The position numbers and the translations under genes were made by a program. Shown here in pieces: positions 1-12,448 of a DNA stretch of 64,000 nt. Under the pieces are notes generated by a model. The model had not been told where the DNA came from. It saw nothing but the letters and a program-made list of their open reading frames with translations, and ran no database searches. Each line of letters begins with the position of its first letter. Positions within the stretch are counted from its first letter, which is position 1. This DNA comes from Rebecca billardiae RCC1528 (Eukaryota; Protista; Haptophyta), in contig OZ251240.1 of assembly GCA_965240325.2 (NCBI GenBank), forward strand, positions 1,571,923-1,635,922, read 5' to 3'.

Positions 1-270
1 GCACATACGCAGCCCGGGAGACATTTTCGCATATGTACACAAGTGTCCGGAACGCTCCCGGACTGTGCTGAAATCTGAGTAGTAGTGGGGGCGGGGGGGG
101 GGGGACCGGAGCCGGAGCCGACTGTCACAGTCGTAAGGCCGCGTACCGCGCTCAGCAGCCTGCACCAACACACCGCCGGCCGGCGCCGCCGCACCGTGAC
201 CGTTGCCACCGGGTCAAGACGGTCACTAGTTGCCACCGCGTCGGCTCGTCGTGCCGAATCTGAATAATGA

Positions 271-273
<3 letters not shown>

Positions 274-324
<51 letters not shown>
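274..324. repeat. (TA)n microsatellite
   Basis: Perfect TA dinucleotide run of ~25 units in an otherwise very GC-rich sequence. Confidence 0.97.
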
Positions 325-326
<2 letters not shown>

Positions 327-740
327 GTATAATAATCTGACGATGCCGGAATCTTCGACTTCTTAATCTTACGGCACTAACTAGTAACTTACTCCGACGA
401 TCGATGAATTCGATGATGATGTTAGATGTAGCAGACACGACGACACTCGTCTGTACTACGAAAACTAGCTATGTATATATGCTGGCTGGATGAGTAGTCC
501 CATGTGCACATTATAGCATCAGCGCCGGCCACACGTAGGTAGAGTCGGAGCCGCAGTGCCATAATGCACCTGTGGCGGAGTTGCGACGACGACGCGTTAC
601 GATGCGGGACCGCGCGAGTCCGACGACGCATCATTCTGACGGCTGGTCAAATGTCGAGCGTCACTGGTGGCAAGGCCACGGCGAGCAGCGCGTGCCGCCA
701 GCTGCCTGCCGCGCATCGCGCACGGCGCCTTGCGCCGTGC

Positions 741-1556
741 TCACTTCGCCGAGCGCTCCAGCAGGGCGCCGACGCAGAAGAGGACCATCGCCGCGATCGC
801 GACCGCCGCCCCGTACCACCCTGCGAGCGTGAGCGCCGTCATGATGCCGCCGGCCAAGGCGACGCCGAGGCCGATGGAGCCGATGGCGAGCGAGAAGGGG
901 ATTCCCAGGATGTGCGCGATCATCGCGCCCGTCCAGCCGCCCGTGCCCGGGAGCGGGATGCCGACGAAGAGCGCGAGGCCGAGCCCGATCGAGCCCTCGT
1001 CGATGCCCTTCATCTTGCTGCGCGCCTTGTCGAGGACCGGCTTGAGGAGCTTCTCGACGAGCGGGAGGCGGAGCGCCGCGAGGAGGAGCGCCACCGCCGC
1101 GGTGTTCCCGAGCACGCACACGACGAACGTGCGCAGCGGCGACACGCCCATCCACGCGCCGACCGGCACCGCGCCGCGCAGCTCGATCACAGGCAGCGTC
1201 GAGATGAGCACGAGGATCAGCTCGTTCGGCAGGCCGAATGACTGGAGCCAGAGCGAGAGCTTCTGGCCGATGTGCAGCTTGGCCGGGGCAGACGCCGACG
1301 CCGCGGCCGCCGCCCACGCCGGCATGGTTGCCGCGAGGAGCGGCAGTGCGGCTGCCGTGGTGAGCGCGGCGCGCACGAGTGGCCGCAGCGGCACGCGCGA
1401 CGGCTTCTCCAGCACGGCCAGCTTCGGCGCAGGCGCGGGCGCGGCGTGGCTCATCGCCACGAGGCGGGGCGGTGCGACCCCTGCGCGCGCCACGTGCGCT
1501 CGCCCCAGCGGCGGCGCCGAGAAGCCCAGCAGCGCGATCGTGAATGCCGTGAGCAT
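741..1556 (-). CDS. COG2426 / putative small multidrug export family membrane protein, probably plastid-targeted
   Basis: 271-aa ORF with family motifs ISTLPVIELRGAVPVG and FVGIPLPGTGGWTG and several TM segments. N-terminal hydrophobic signal peptide (MLTAFTIALLGF) is followed by an Arg/Ala/Pro-rich transit-like stretch. Confidence 0.85.
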   Translation of the reverse strand: MLTAFTIALLGFSAPPLGRAHVARAGVAPPRLVAMSHAAPAPAPKLAVLEKPSRVPLRPLVRAALTTAAALPLLAATMPAWAAAAASASAPAKLHIGQKLSLWLQSFGLPNELILVLISTLPVIELRGAVPVGAWMGVSPLRTFVVCVLGNTAAVALLLAALRLPLVEKLLKPVLDKARSKMKGIDEGSIGLGLALFVGIPLPGTGGWTGAMIAHILGIPFSLAIGSIGLGVALAGGIMTALTLAGWYGAAVAIAAMVLFCVGALLERSAK

Positions 1557-1826
1557 CGTGCCGCCGTCGGGTCGGTGGTTTGCGCCGACAGCAAGTCGCG
1601 TCGGCGGCGCGCGCTGGGCGGGCGGTGCGACCCCGCCAACCGTGGCGGAGGGGTCCGGAAAAAAAGCAGCCGGAATCTGCTGGTGCGGAGATACACACTG
1701 TTAGTGTTAGCAGTGTCTGTAGGCCTGGATCGAATCATGTCGTCGGGCCCTGACTCCTGAGGCAGCCCGAGTCTGAGGTCCCGGGCCCGGCGGCCGGAGC
1801 CTCGAGCCCTTCACAGACAGAGTCGA

Positions 1827-2774
1827 TCATCGATGCCGTGTCGTCGTGTGCGGTCTCGTGCGCAGCATCGCGCGGAGCTCCGGTGGCACACCGGCGGCCA
1901 TCAGCGCGCGATGCACCTTCGCGTAGTTGTAGATCTTCCTGTAGTGCGGCGGCGGCGGCGGGCGCGTGCCGCTCAGCGGGCGCAGCGTCGCCGCGATGTC
2001 CTCCAGCCGCGCCGGCAGGCCCCACGCGGTGAGCACGCGCTTGTACGCGACGGCGGAGGCCATGAGCGCGCCCGGGTCGTGCGTGAACTCGGCGAGCGCC
2101 TCGGTGGTCACGTCGAACGGCGGCATGGCGTAGCCCCGCGCGGCCAGCTTCAGGCGCCGCGTGCGAGCCAGCCGGTGCAGCTTTGCGAGGTGGGGCACGA
2201 TCGCGCTCACGTTGATGCGCGCGAACGCGGGCGGCGGCGGCGCGCCGAACTTGGGCCTTCGAAGGAAGCACGCCGGCGCCGCGGAGCCGTTGCGGTAGAC
2301 GGGCACGCCGACCCCGTGCCCGGTCATCGAGACGAAGCAGTCGACGATGTTGCACACCGCCTTGTCGAGCGCGTTGGCGCGGTACACGTGGACGACGCGC
2401 GCGCGCACGGCTTGGAACGCGCGCGCCATCGCCTCGCTGTGCAGCTCGCGGATGTCCGCCTTGAAGACGAGCGCGCGGCCGCGCGCCTTTTGTCGCTCGT
2501 ACATGGCCAGGAACGCGCCCGCCTCGCCTCGCTCGGGCGTGTACAGCGGGTTCTTCTCCTTTCTCAGCAGCTCGAACTCGTGCATGCCGACCGCCACGCG
2601 CGTCACGTTGGCGACGAGCCTGCGCAGCGTGCCGGTGACGAAGGTCGAGCCGGCGCAGCCCTGCATCGCGACTGCGCGCGGAGCGACGTCCACGGCTTGC
2701 GCGGCGACGGCGTGCAGCGCGGCCGCTGTGGTAGCCAAGACCGTCAGCGCGCTCAGGCGGGCGGGGCGCGCCAT
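1827..2774 (-). CDS. Secreted/Golgi Stf0-like sulfotransferase-fold protein
   Basis: 315-aa ORF with an N-terminal signal/anchor. AMQGCAGSTFV resembles the 5'-PSB loop and VVHVYRANALDKAVC resembles the 3'-PB motif of Stf0-type sulfotransferases; both are divergent. Confidence 0.55.
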   Translation of the reverse strand: MARPARLSALTVLATTAAALHAVAAQAVDVAPRAVAMQGCAGSTFVTGTLRRLVANVTRVAVGMHEFELLRKEKNPLYTPERGEAGAFLAMYERQKARGRALVFKADIRELHSEAMARAFQAVRARVVHVYRANALDKAVCNIVDCFVSMTGHGVGVPVYRNGSAAPACFLRRPKFGAPPPPAFARINVSAIVPHLAKLHRLARTRRLKLAARGYAMPPFDVTTEALAEFTHDPGALMASAVAYKRVLTAWGLPARLEDIAATLRPLSGTRPPPPPHYRKIYNYAKVHRALMAAGVPPELRAMLRTRPHTTTRHR

Positions 2775-3473
2775 CGTGCAGGGACACCGGCCGGCACTCC
2801 GGCAGCATGAGCGATTGGAGCGCGATATTATTGATTGTAGAAAAGAAATTCACTCGTCGTCACCGTCATCCGCGCGAATATCGCCGCGCCCGTGCTCGAA
2901 TACTGAAGATGCGCACTATTATTATGCTATACGCTACAGGCCGCCGCCAGAGGTGATGTGTAGTCGTCTTGGTATGTTCATCATCATGCAGATATAGACT
3001 GTAATGAGCACGCAGAGCATCGTCCGACTGTGAGTGTCAGATGTCGCGCGCGCTCGGGCAGCAGCGCCGCGCGGCGGTGGCGGCGCCTAAGCCCGGGCAC
3101 ATCTGACAGCAGAGCGCGAGTGCGGCCAGCGCATGCGTCGGCAGGGCGGGGCGGCGGTGCGAGCAGTGCCAGTCCAGCACGGCGCGCGCGCGCGCGCGGC
3201 TGCGCGTGCCCCACGCCGGCCGCTGCGCACGAGGCGAAGCACACTCTGGCTCGGCCGCGCGCCGGGCGCGTGCGGCCCTGCGAGTGCGCGCGCGTGAGAG
3301 AGAGGCAGGGGAGTCCAAGAAGAGTCCAAACGGAAGGAAGGTTGGGCCGCGCGGCGTCGAGAGCGGCCGCGCAGGCCCTCGCCGCCGGCGCGAAGCCCGC
3401 GCTGCAGCCCGCCTCCGGCCGCTCACGCCGGCGCCGCCGCCCACGGCGCCGCCGGCGGTACGCGGCCGTCCGC

Positions 3474-5421
3474 TCACGGCGCCGCCGGCGTGATGGCGTA
3501 GGCGGGCGGCGGCGCAGTCGGCCGCGTGCCGATCCAATACAGCATGTTGGTGCGCGAGCCGCCGTCCTCGTAGACGCTCACCTTGGCGTCGAGCTCGCCG
3601 CGCGCGGCGGGCGGGTCGTAGATGGCGTGCAGCGCGACGACGAACGGCACCCAAGGCGTGTCCATCCCGTCGAAGCTGCCCATCGACGCATACTGCTCGC
3701 GCACAAAATCGGCGGGCAGCAGCGCCTCGGTGACGGGCGTGATCGGCATGATGTTGATGCCGACGACGTACTCGGCCTTCTCGCCGAACCAGGTGGAGGC
3801 CTCGACGTCGGAGGCGCCGACGATGCCCATCATGCGCACGCGCTTCACGAGCGACGCGTCGTACACCTGCGACGTCGAGGGCACGTGCCAGTACCGGTGC
3901 GCCGCGCGCAGCTCCATAGCGAGCAGCAGCCGCGCCCAGTCGGCGAGCTCGGGCGCGCCGACCGCGTCCGCGGCGAGCGCGGCGCCGTAGTACGCGTTCA
4001 CCGCCTCGGAGGAGGACTCCTGCGACTTGGAGTCGGGCATCGGGAAGAGCCCCGACGCCCACGAGTGCCCGTCGTACAGATCCTTGTGCCGCGCCGTCGG
4101 GAAGCGCGCGCCCTTGGCGTCGGCGGCGCCGAGCGGCGCGGCAAAGTCGTGAACCAAGTCGAGGATCGCGCCGCGGTGCCTTGCGCACAGCCCGGCGTCC
4201 ATCTTGCACGCGACGGCGGCGGCGTAGGTGAGGTAGCCGTAGTGGAAGTGGTGGTCGTTGTACCGCCCGTTGCCGTAGTCCGCGCGCGACGACGCGAGGC
4301 CGGTGCGCGTGCACAGCCCGCCGTACACCGAATCGTACACGAGCGCCCCCGAGCCGCGCGCGTCCGGCGCGCCGAGCGCGACGTTGGCGGCGCTCAGCCA
4401 CGGGTCGAGCGCGGTGCTGAGCGCCTCGCTCGCGGCGCGCCGGCTCTCCTCGTCGGCGAGCTGCTCGGCGATCAGCGCGAGGCGCGCGAGCCGCGCCGCC
4501 TGCTTGCCGAAGCCGTACACGTCCTTTGCGTCGGGGCTCTTCACGTTCGGGTTGGGCTGCGCGAGCTCGGCGTGCAGCGCCTGCAGAATGTCAGGCACAG
4601 CCTGGCCTTGGATGGGCGTGGGCGCGTACCACGAGATCGGGTTGACGGGCTCGCGCACGGCCCACGCGCGCCCCTTGACGGGGCTCATCAGCCCCTTGAG
4701 CGAGTCGAACTTGGGGTGCGTCTGCGCCTGCCCCGCCGAGAGGGAGTCCATGTGGTGCGGCAGCAGCAGCGTGACGTAATCCTCGGCTGACGTGCCCGGC
4801 TCGCCGCCCGCGAGGAGCCACTCGAAGCGCAGCTCTGAGGCCTCGCCGCCCTGCGGCATGGCCATGTGGTGCTGCGCGGAGGCGTTCACGCCGGTGGCGT
4901 ACGGCGCGCGCGCCAGCTTGAGCAGCGCCGCCTCGTCGTGCTCGCTCCCCGCCATGCCCACGCGCACCGTCCCCACGAACCCCTCGCCGAACGTGAGCGC
5001 GTTGCCGTCCGCGCCGCGCGTCCACACGAGGTTGACCGGGTGTTGCGTCGCGAGGAGCCAGCGCGCGCCCGAGCCGAGCGTGAGGCGGAAGAGGCGGCCC
5101 GGGCCGACGCGCGTGGGCGCGGGCGGCGGCGGCGACGGCGGCGGGTGGTGCGGCGGCGTGGGCGGCGGCGCGGGCGGCGGGTGGCGCGGCGGCGACGAGG
5201 GCGGCGACGAGGGCGGCGGCGCGGGCGGCGGCTGCGGCGCGGGCGGCGGCGACGGCCCGGCGACGACCGACTGCGCCTCGTTCCCGCCGACGCCGCAGCA
5301 CGCGAGCATCACGCCGTTGCTCAGCGGGCAGCAGTCGCCATCGATCATCGCGTCCGCCAGCGGCGCGCACGCAGGGTGCGCCGAGCAGCGCGCCTTGTCC
5401 GCCGCGGCGCCGCGCGCGCGC

Positions 5422-5456
<35 letters not shown>

Positions 5457-6383
5457 GGCGGCGTCGGGCGCGGGCGCGTCGAGCGCGGCGGTCTCGTTCG
5501 TCTCGCCGAGCGCGCGCCCCGCGCCGCCGCCCTTGCCCTTCCCCTTCCCGCCGCCCTTCCCCTTCCCCGCGCCGCTCGGCGCCGCCGCCCGCGCCGGCGC
5601 CGACGGCAGCACGTCCACCTTGACGAAACCAAAGTCAGACTCGAGCCGCGGCGTCGAGCGCACGCCGCCCTTGCGGCCCCACTCGGTGACGAGCCACGGC
5701 GCGCCGCGCGCGAGGCGCGCGACGAACGAGCCGCCCGGGCCGCTCACGTTCATCGCGAGCGTCAGCGCCGACGCCGCCGTCACGCGGTGCGCGAAGCCGC
5801 GGTCGATGCCGGTCGGCGCCGGGCCGTGCTTGTGCGCCTTGGCGACGGTGAGCAGGACGTCGCACGCAAAGTAGTCGGCCTCCTTCTTGGGCTCGACGTG
5901 GCGGCGCGCGGGGCCGTACGAGACCTCGAGCCCCCGCCCCTGGTTGCGCACGGCGTACGGCAGCGGCACCACCGGCAGCGAGCCCGTCGGGATCTTGTCG
6001 TCTCCGAGCGCGAGATTGGTCCACCACGCGCCCGTCGGGAACGGGATCCCGACGGCGCCCCAGTGCGGCGAGGGCTTGAGCGGGTTGGCGACCTCGTCCC
6101 ACGGGCCCTGGAGCGCCGCGAGCGGCAGCGCCACCCGCGAGAACGCGAGCGAGCCCGGCGCGTACCCCGCGCGCGACGCGAGGCCAATCACCGCCGCCGC
6201 GGCGACCGAGAGCGCGCAGAGCACGCCGACGCGCGCGCACGACGTGGGCGGGGCGGCGGGCCGGCGGTCGGGGCCGTCGAGCAGGGGCTCGGCGGCGACG
6301 TGCGCCGAGGCGCCCAGCTCGAGGTACGGCGCCTCGCCCTCGCCCGCCTCGCCGCGCGCCGCGCTGGAGATCGCCGGCTTCAT
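3474..6383 (-). CDS. Glycoside hydrolase family 81 endo-beta-1,3-glucanase with N-terminal membrane anchor
   Basis: 969-aa single ORF with GH81 motifs PFPTGAWWTN, DVYGFGKQAARLARL, DYGNGRYNDHHFHYGY, RHKDLYDGHSWASGL and SQESSSEAVNAYY (catalytic E..E). TM segment VGVLCALSVAAAAVIGLA. Confidence 0.93.
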
Positions 6384-6581
6384 TTGCGCCTGCCTGCGCG
6401 TTCGGCTGCGAGTCGCGTGCTTTGACGACGAGTTGAGTGGCGGCCGGGGAGCTCAAAAGCCGTTTCATCGAGATTTCGTAAACGAGATGGCATCTGGAGC
6501 GCCCGGACCGGCATGGCCTCCAGCCGGACGGAGCGGCCACCGGCCCGCTGCGCGTTGCGATTTGAAGGACGGTGCTCTGCC

Positions 6582-9500
6582 ATGGCGCGGCGGACGACGC
6601 TCAGCGCGAGCTTCCTGGAGGGCATGTCGGCGGATGTGCTGGCCGACATTGCGCCGGAGATGGCGCGCAGTCGGACCGGCTCGTCGCGCTCCGGGAGCGC
6701 CGGCACCTCCACCGCGCCGCCGTCGCGCCACGTGTCCGTGCCGAGCACGCCGCCGCGCGCGCGCAGCCGCGCCTCGTCCGCGGCCGCTTCGCCGCCGGCG
6801 CGGCTCGAGCGCACGCTCAGCCCGGGCTTCCTCAGCACGATGTCGGCGGAGGTGCTCGGCGAGCTCGCGGGCGTGCAGCCGGCGGGCGCCGGCGGGCGCG
6901 CCCACGGCCGCGCGAGCGGCGCCGAGGCCGCAGCCACGAGCGCGCTGCTCGACCTCGCCGCCGCGCGCTCCGCCGCCTCGCCGCCGCGCGCGCGCACGCC
7001 GTCGAGCCCGTCCGCCTCGAGCGCGCGCTCGCCGCGCGCGCAGTCGCACCCGTCCAGCCCCGCGCGCGCCGAGCTCGCCAGCGCATCCGCCGTGCTGCGG
7101 GGCACCGCGCCCGCGCCGCCGCCCGCGGCCGGCTCGCGCCGCGGCAGCCGCACGCCTGTCCTCTCAGAGGCGTTCATCGCGTCGCTCTCGCCGCACGCGC
7201 TCGAGGAGCTCGCGCCGGGCGGCGGCGCGTCCTCCGCCGCCTCGCCCGCCGAGCGCTCGCCCGCGGCCCGCTCGGAGCCGCGGCGCGGCGCGGCGGAGGA
7301 GGGCGCGGCGGCCGGTGCGCCCAAGCGCGAGCCGGCGGCGTGTGGCCCAGGCCCAGCGCTGCCGAGCCGGCCGGCGACGGCGTCCGTCTCGTTGCGCGCG
7401 TACGTCCCGGAGGGCTCCGCGCGCCGCGCGCCGAGCTCGCCGCGTGACGCCGCCGAGCGCGCCGCGCTCGGCGGCGGCGAGGCGGTGTCGGGTGCCAGCG
7501 GCGGCGGCGGCGTGAGCAGCGCCGGGCTCGGGCGGGCCGGCGCACCCGTGCGCGATGGCTACGGCGCGCGCGGCGCCGAGCCGAGCACCTCGCCGCCGCC
7601 GAGCAGCGCCCGGGCCGCGCCGGGCGAGGGCGGCGAGGCCGCGCGGCCGCGCGCCGCCGCGGACGGCGCGGGCGCGAGCGCGGCCGGCGCGCGCAGCCCG
7701 CGCGCCGACGCCTCGGCGGCCGGCAGCTGCTCGCGCGGCGGCAGCAGCAGCCCGGCCGACGCGCGGGCAGAGGCGGCGGAGCAGAAGGCGGCGGCGGCGC
7801 GCGCTCGCTCGCCTGTTGGGGCGGCGCGCGCCGCGCCATCCAGCCCGCGGGCTCGCACGCCGCCGAGCGCCGCCGCCGTGGCCGCGGGCGGCGCGGCGGC
7901 GGCCGAGCTGGCGCGGCCGGCGGCGGCGGCGGAGGGGCGGCGGGCGCCGAGCGGCGGCTCGCCGCCCGAGACCTCCGCCGCGGCGCGGGCGCACGGGCTT
8001 GGCCCGTGGGAGCATGCGGAGCGCGCGGCTGAGCCGGCGGCGCGCGCGCGCTCGGCGGCGGAGCCGCGCCCTCCGCCGGCGTCGCCCGGCGCGCGGCGCG
8101 GCGCGAGCGACGGCGACACGAGCGCGGCCGAGCGGCGCGGCGGCCGAGCCGCCGCCGCCGCCGCGTTCGACGTGACGCCGCCGCCGGCCGCGCGGAGCGG
8201 CGGCGGAAGCGTCGGCCGAAGCTTCCGGCTGGTCGTGTGCCACGTGTGCGGGCGCGAGCACGGCGCGCCCTCGCTGCGCATGCACGTGAGCGCGTGCCTG
8301 CGCCGCCGCGAGGCGGAGCAAGACGCGCTGCCGCCCGCGCTGCGCACGCGGCCGCCGCAGCTGCGCGCGGGCGCGCCGTCGCCGCCGCGCGCGTCGAATG
8401 TGCCCGGCCGTTACTTTGACGGTTACAACGAGGCGGCGCGCGAGGCGTACGAGCGCTCGCTGCCGGTGTGCACGCGGTGCAAGGCGCCCTTCCGCCCGAC
8501 GGCCGACGGCGCGGGCGGCGCCGCCGGGCCGCCGCGCGCGGCCTCGGCGCGGCGCCGCCCGCGCGGCGCCGGCGCCGCCGGCGCGTGCGTGTGCGCAGAC
8601 TGTGGCGGCGCGGCGCGCGCCGGCCGGCGCGACGGGGCGGAGCGCGCGGCGCTCGCGCACGGCTCGTTCGTGACGGTGGTCGAGCCGGCGGTCGGCGCCG
8701 AGCGGAGCGCGCGCGAGGCGCGCCGCGCCGCGGCGGCGGCGAGCGTCGAAGTGGCGTGGGCGGAGGCGCACGCGCGCGAGGCGGCGGCGCGGCGCGCGCG
8801 CGAGGGGCGTTGGCGCGAGGCTGCGGGCGGCGGCGGCGGGCAGCCGGGCTCGCCGTACGCGGAGGCGCAGCACCGAGCCGCGCGCGCGCGCGCGGGCGCG
8901 CCGATGCCGCCGGCGGGCGTCGCGAGCGCGCGCGCCGGCGGCGCCGAGCGCGGCGCGGGCGCGGGCGGGCCCGGCGGGCCGTGCGGCGCCGGCGGCGCGC
9001 GCGGCGCGCACGGCGGCGGCTGGCGCGGCGGCGGCGCGGCGGCGGCGGCGCGGCAGTCGGCCGGGACGCAGTACGAGCCGCCGCACCCGTCGGACGCGGA
9101 GCTCGCGCTGCTCTACACCGCGCGGCTCGCCGCGGTCCCGCTGCCGGCCGCGGCGCGCGCCGGCGGCGCGGCCGCGGCCGCGCCCGCCGCGCCGCCCGGC
9201 GGCGCGGCCGGCGCCGGCGCTGCGCTCGCGACGTGCGAGCGCGTGCGCGCGCTCGAGGCGTCCGCGGCCGAGATCGCGGCGGAGGTGGCCGCCGCGGCGG
9301 GGGAGGATGCGGCCGCGCTCGTCGAGGAGGCGAACGCCGACGCGGAGGCCGCGGCGGCCCTGGCCGCCGGCGCGCGCGAGCGCGCCGTCGCGGAGGCGCG
9401 CGCGGCGCACCGCGCAGCGGCCGCGGCGACGGCGGCGCGCGCCGAAGCGGACGCGCTGCGCGCGCGCGCGCCGCCGCCTCCCCGGCCGCCGCCGCCGCCC

Positions 9501-10743
9501 GCGGGCGGCGTGCCGCCCGCGGACGAGGAGGCGGAGGCGGAGCGCCGCGCGCCGCGAGCGCCCGCCGCCCCGCCGCCTCGCCAGCCCTCGCCGAGCCCAA
9601 CGGCCGCCGCCGCCGCCGCCAAGCGGCCGACAGCGGCAGACGTCGCGGCCGCCGCCGCCGCGCACGCGGACGCGGTGAGCTGCCTGCGCGCCGCCGCGGA
9701 GGAGCGGGTGCACGACGAGCTTCGGTGCGTCGGCGCGCGCGCGACCGACCGACCGGCCGACCGACCGGCCGGCCGGCCGATGGGTCGCGGCGCCGCCTGC
9801 CGCGTCGCCAGCGCGCGCTCCACTCTTTGCCGCGCCGCGCCGCCGCCGCGCTGGCCGGGTGCTGGCGGCGCGCGTGCTCCGGGCCGCGCGCGCTCGGTCG
9901 GCCGTGGCATTGCGGCGTGGCTGACGCGCGCACGGCCCCCGCCCCCCCCCCTCCCTACCCCGCGCGCGCGCGCACGCCGCGTGCCGCAGCCACGGCGCCG
10001 CGCTCGCCGCGCGCCCGGCGAGCGCCCAGCGCGAGCGGCAGCGCGCGCGAAGCTCGGCCCAGCTCGCGCACCGGCAGCATCTCGCGTTCGCGGCGCCGCA
10101 GCTGGCGCGCGGCACGGCGGAGGCGGGCGAGGCGGCGCGCGCGTGCGCGGCGGTGGACGGGCACGTGGCGGACCGGAGCGCGGCGCACGCCTCCGCGCTC
10201 GCCGACGTCGCCGCCGCCGAGGCCGACGCGCACGCGCTCGACGCCATGCTGCGGCCGCGCGGCGGCGCGCGAGGCGTCGGCGTGCCTTCGATGCGAGGCC
10301 TCCGCGCGTCAGTTGACGGGCTGGGCACGCTCGGCGGCGGCGGCGGCGCACGCGGCGGCGGCGGCGGGCCGACGGGGCTGCAGGCGCTCAAGATCAAGTA
10401 CGACCTCCTCTGCGCCGCGCTGCTCGACGACGCCGACGAGCCGCCCGGTCCGGAGGACGAGGCGGCGGCGGCCGGACTCTGGGGGCCCGACGCGGTCGGC
10501 GGCGCGGACGGCGGCGGCGGCGGCGCGGACGGTCGCGGCGCGCGGCCCCGCGGCCGAGCCGACGCTGGCGCGGCGCGGCACGCGCACGGGGCAGCCTACG
10601 CCGCCGCTGGAGGAGGCGCTCGCGCGCGGCTCTTCCACGCGCCCGGCGCCGAGGGCCGCGAGGCGGCAGAGGCGGAGTACTGGACCGTCGGCCCAGGCTC
10701 CGACGACTTGTCCGATGCTGACGATAACGCTGGCTTTTGGTAG
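6582..10743 (+). CDS. Low-complexity Ala/Pro/Arg-rich protein with C2HC (zf-C2HC_2, ZNF474-like) zinc finger
   Basis: Predicted join(6582..9724,9990..10743). The GTGCGT...CGCAG intron joins the 6513 and 10153 ORF frames in phase. Motif VCHVCGREHGAPSLRMHVSAC...LPPALR...YNEAAREAY...LPVCTRC matches the zf-C2HC_2 pattern. Confidence 0.7.
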
Positions 10744-11418
10744 GGAGCAATATAATCGTGTCACGTTCTTTCAGTAGAGCAGCAGCATGGTGATGCTGCC
10801 GGCGCCACTGATCGCGGCGGGCCGGATCAGGAATCCTCCGCCGCACGCGTCGAATTGCTTTTGCACTGCGAGTGCGGGCCGGGGACGCGGTCGCGGTCAC
10901 CGCGGGCGGGCCCCGGCACTGCGGACTGACGCAAGTCACGGCCCACGTCGTCGGCTCTTGCCCCGGGCCCCGGAATAGCAGTAGCAGTGAGCAGTGACCT
11001 CGCTGTCAGCGGCGCGCTCTCGGCCGGCGCGCAGGTGCACGGCGACGACTCAGGACACTGTCACTCGGGTTTAATCGGAGCCATACGGTGTCCGCGCAAG
11101 ACCACGGTGTGGCCACGCGGCTGAACGCGTCGGGTTGGTGGAATGGGCTGCCGCGGCAGACAGCGGAGTAGGTCTCGAAAAGGGCGCGGGGCGCAGGGGA
11201 GCGCACGGCATCGTGCTACCGCTGTCTGCGCGCGCCCCACACGCCCGACGGAGGCGACTTGACAAGCAGGGCCGGGAGCGGCAGCGACGCCATTGTCCGA
11301 TTGTCCGCTCGCGTCCGGTGGGCGCGCGCATCACGCATGGATGGCCCTCGCCACGTCCCCTCGCCAGCAAGCAGTCGGAGCACTGAGCAGCCGCCGTCGA
11401 CGACTGCCGACTGCGCAA

Positions 11419-11845
11419 ATGACGAGGGCGCCGACGACACCCATGCGCACGGCTGCTGCGCTCCTGGTGCTCCTCGCCGGTGTGGCCGCCGAGCTGGACC
11501 CTCGCCGGGACTCGCAACTAGGGCTGTCCAAAGTCGCGGGCCGCGCGCTGGCCGCTCCTGGCCGCCATCTCAGAGGTGCGCGCACGCCGGCATCCGGCGC
11601 GCGCGCGCGCGAGACGGCCGGTGCTCATGCGCCGTCTGCGCGCCGTGTGCCACCATCCGCCCGTCCGCCCCGGCGCGGGTGCGTTGTCGCGCAGGTGGGA
11701 GCAGCTTTGATGGGCAGGGCTGGGGTGGGCAGCAGCAGCATCCGCCCGGGCCGGGGCAGGGCCAGCCGCCCATGTATCAGCAGCCGTATCAGCAGCAGCA
11801 GTGGCAGCAGCAGCCGCCGCCGCAGCAGCAGCCGCAACAGCAGCC

Positions 11846-11909
<64 letters not shown>

Positions 11910-12415
11910 CCGCTCGCGCCGGCGCCACAGCAGATGGGCTGGCAGCAGGCCGGCGGCGGCGGCGGCGTGCTCCCGCCGCAGCCACAGCCGTCGTTCCTGC
12001 CGCCAGACCAGCCGCTGCCGCCGCAGCAGCAGCAGCAGCAGCTGGGTGGCGCGGCGATGGCGCCGCCGGGCGGACTCTTTGGCCAGCCGCCTGCCGCTGG
12101 CGCCGGCGGTGGCATCTTTGGGCCTCCGGCCGGGGCTGCGGACATGGGCGGCGCGCCGGCGCAGATGGGCGGCGTGCTCGGCGGCATGCCGGGCCAGCCT
12201 GCATGGGGCGGGCCCGGCGGCGACGGCGGCGGGCATGGGTCGCTGCTGACGCCGCAGCCGCCGGCGGCGCCCGAGCGGCCGCCGACGCCCGTGCACGAGA
12301 CCGAGGTCGACGGCTGCCGGCGCGCCGTGCTCGACTACTGGGACCCGCCGTCGCAGGCATCGGGCGCGGCCGCGGCGCAGCCGACCGCGCAGCCGCCGCC
12401 GGCGGGAGGAGCCGC

Positions 12416-12448
<33 letters not shown>

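Noticed and set aside
8-66. Short imperfect inverted repeat (CAGCCCGGGAG / CTCCCGGACTG)
   Set aside because: Too short and at the window edge; cannot be distinguished from chance or a truncated element.
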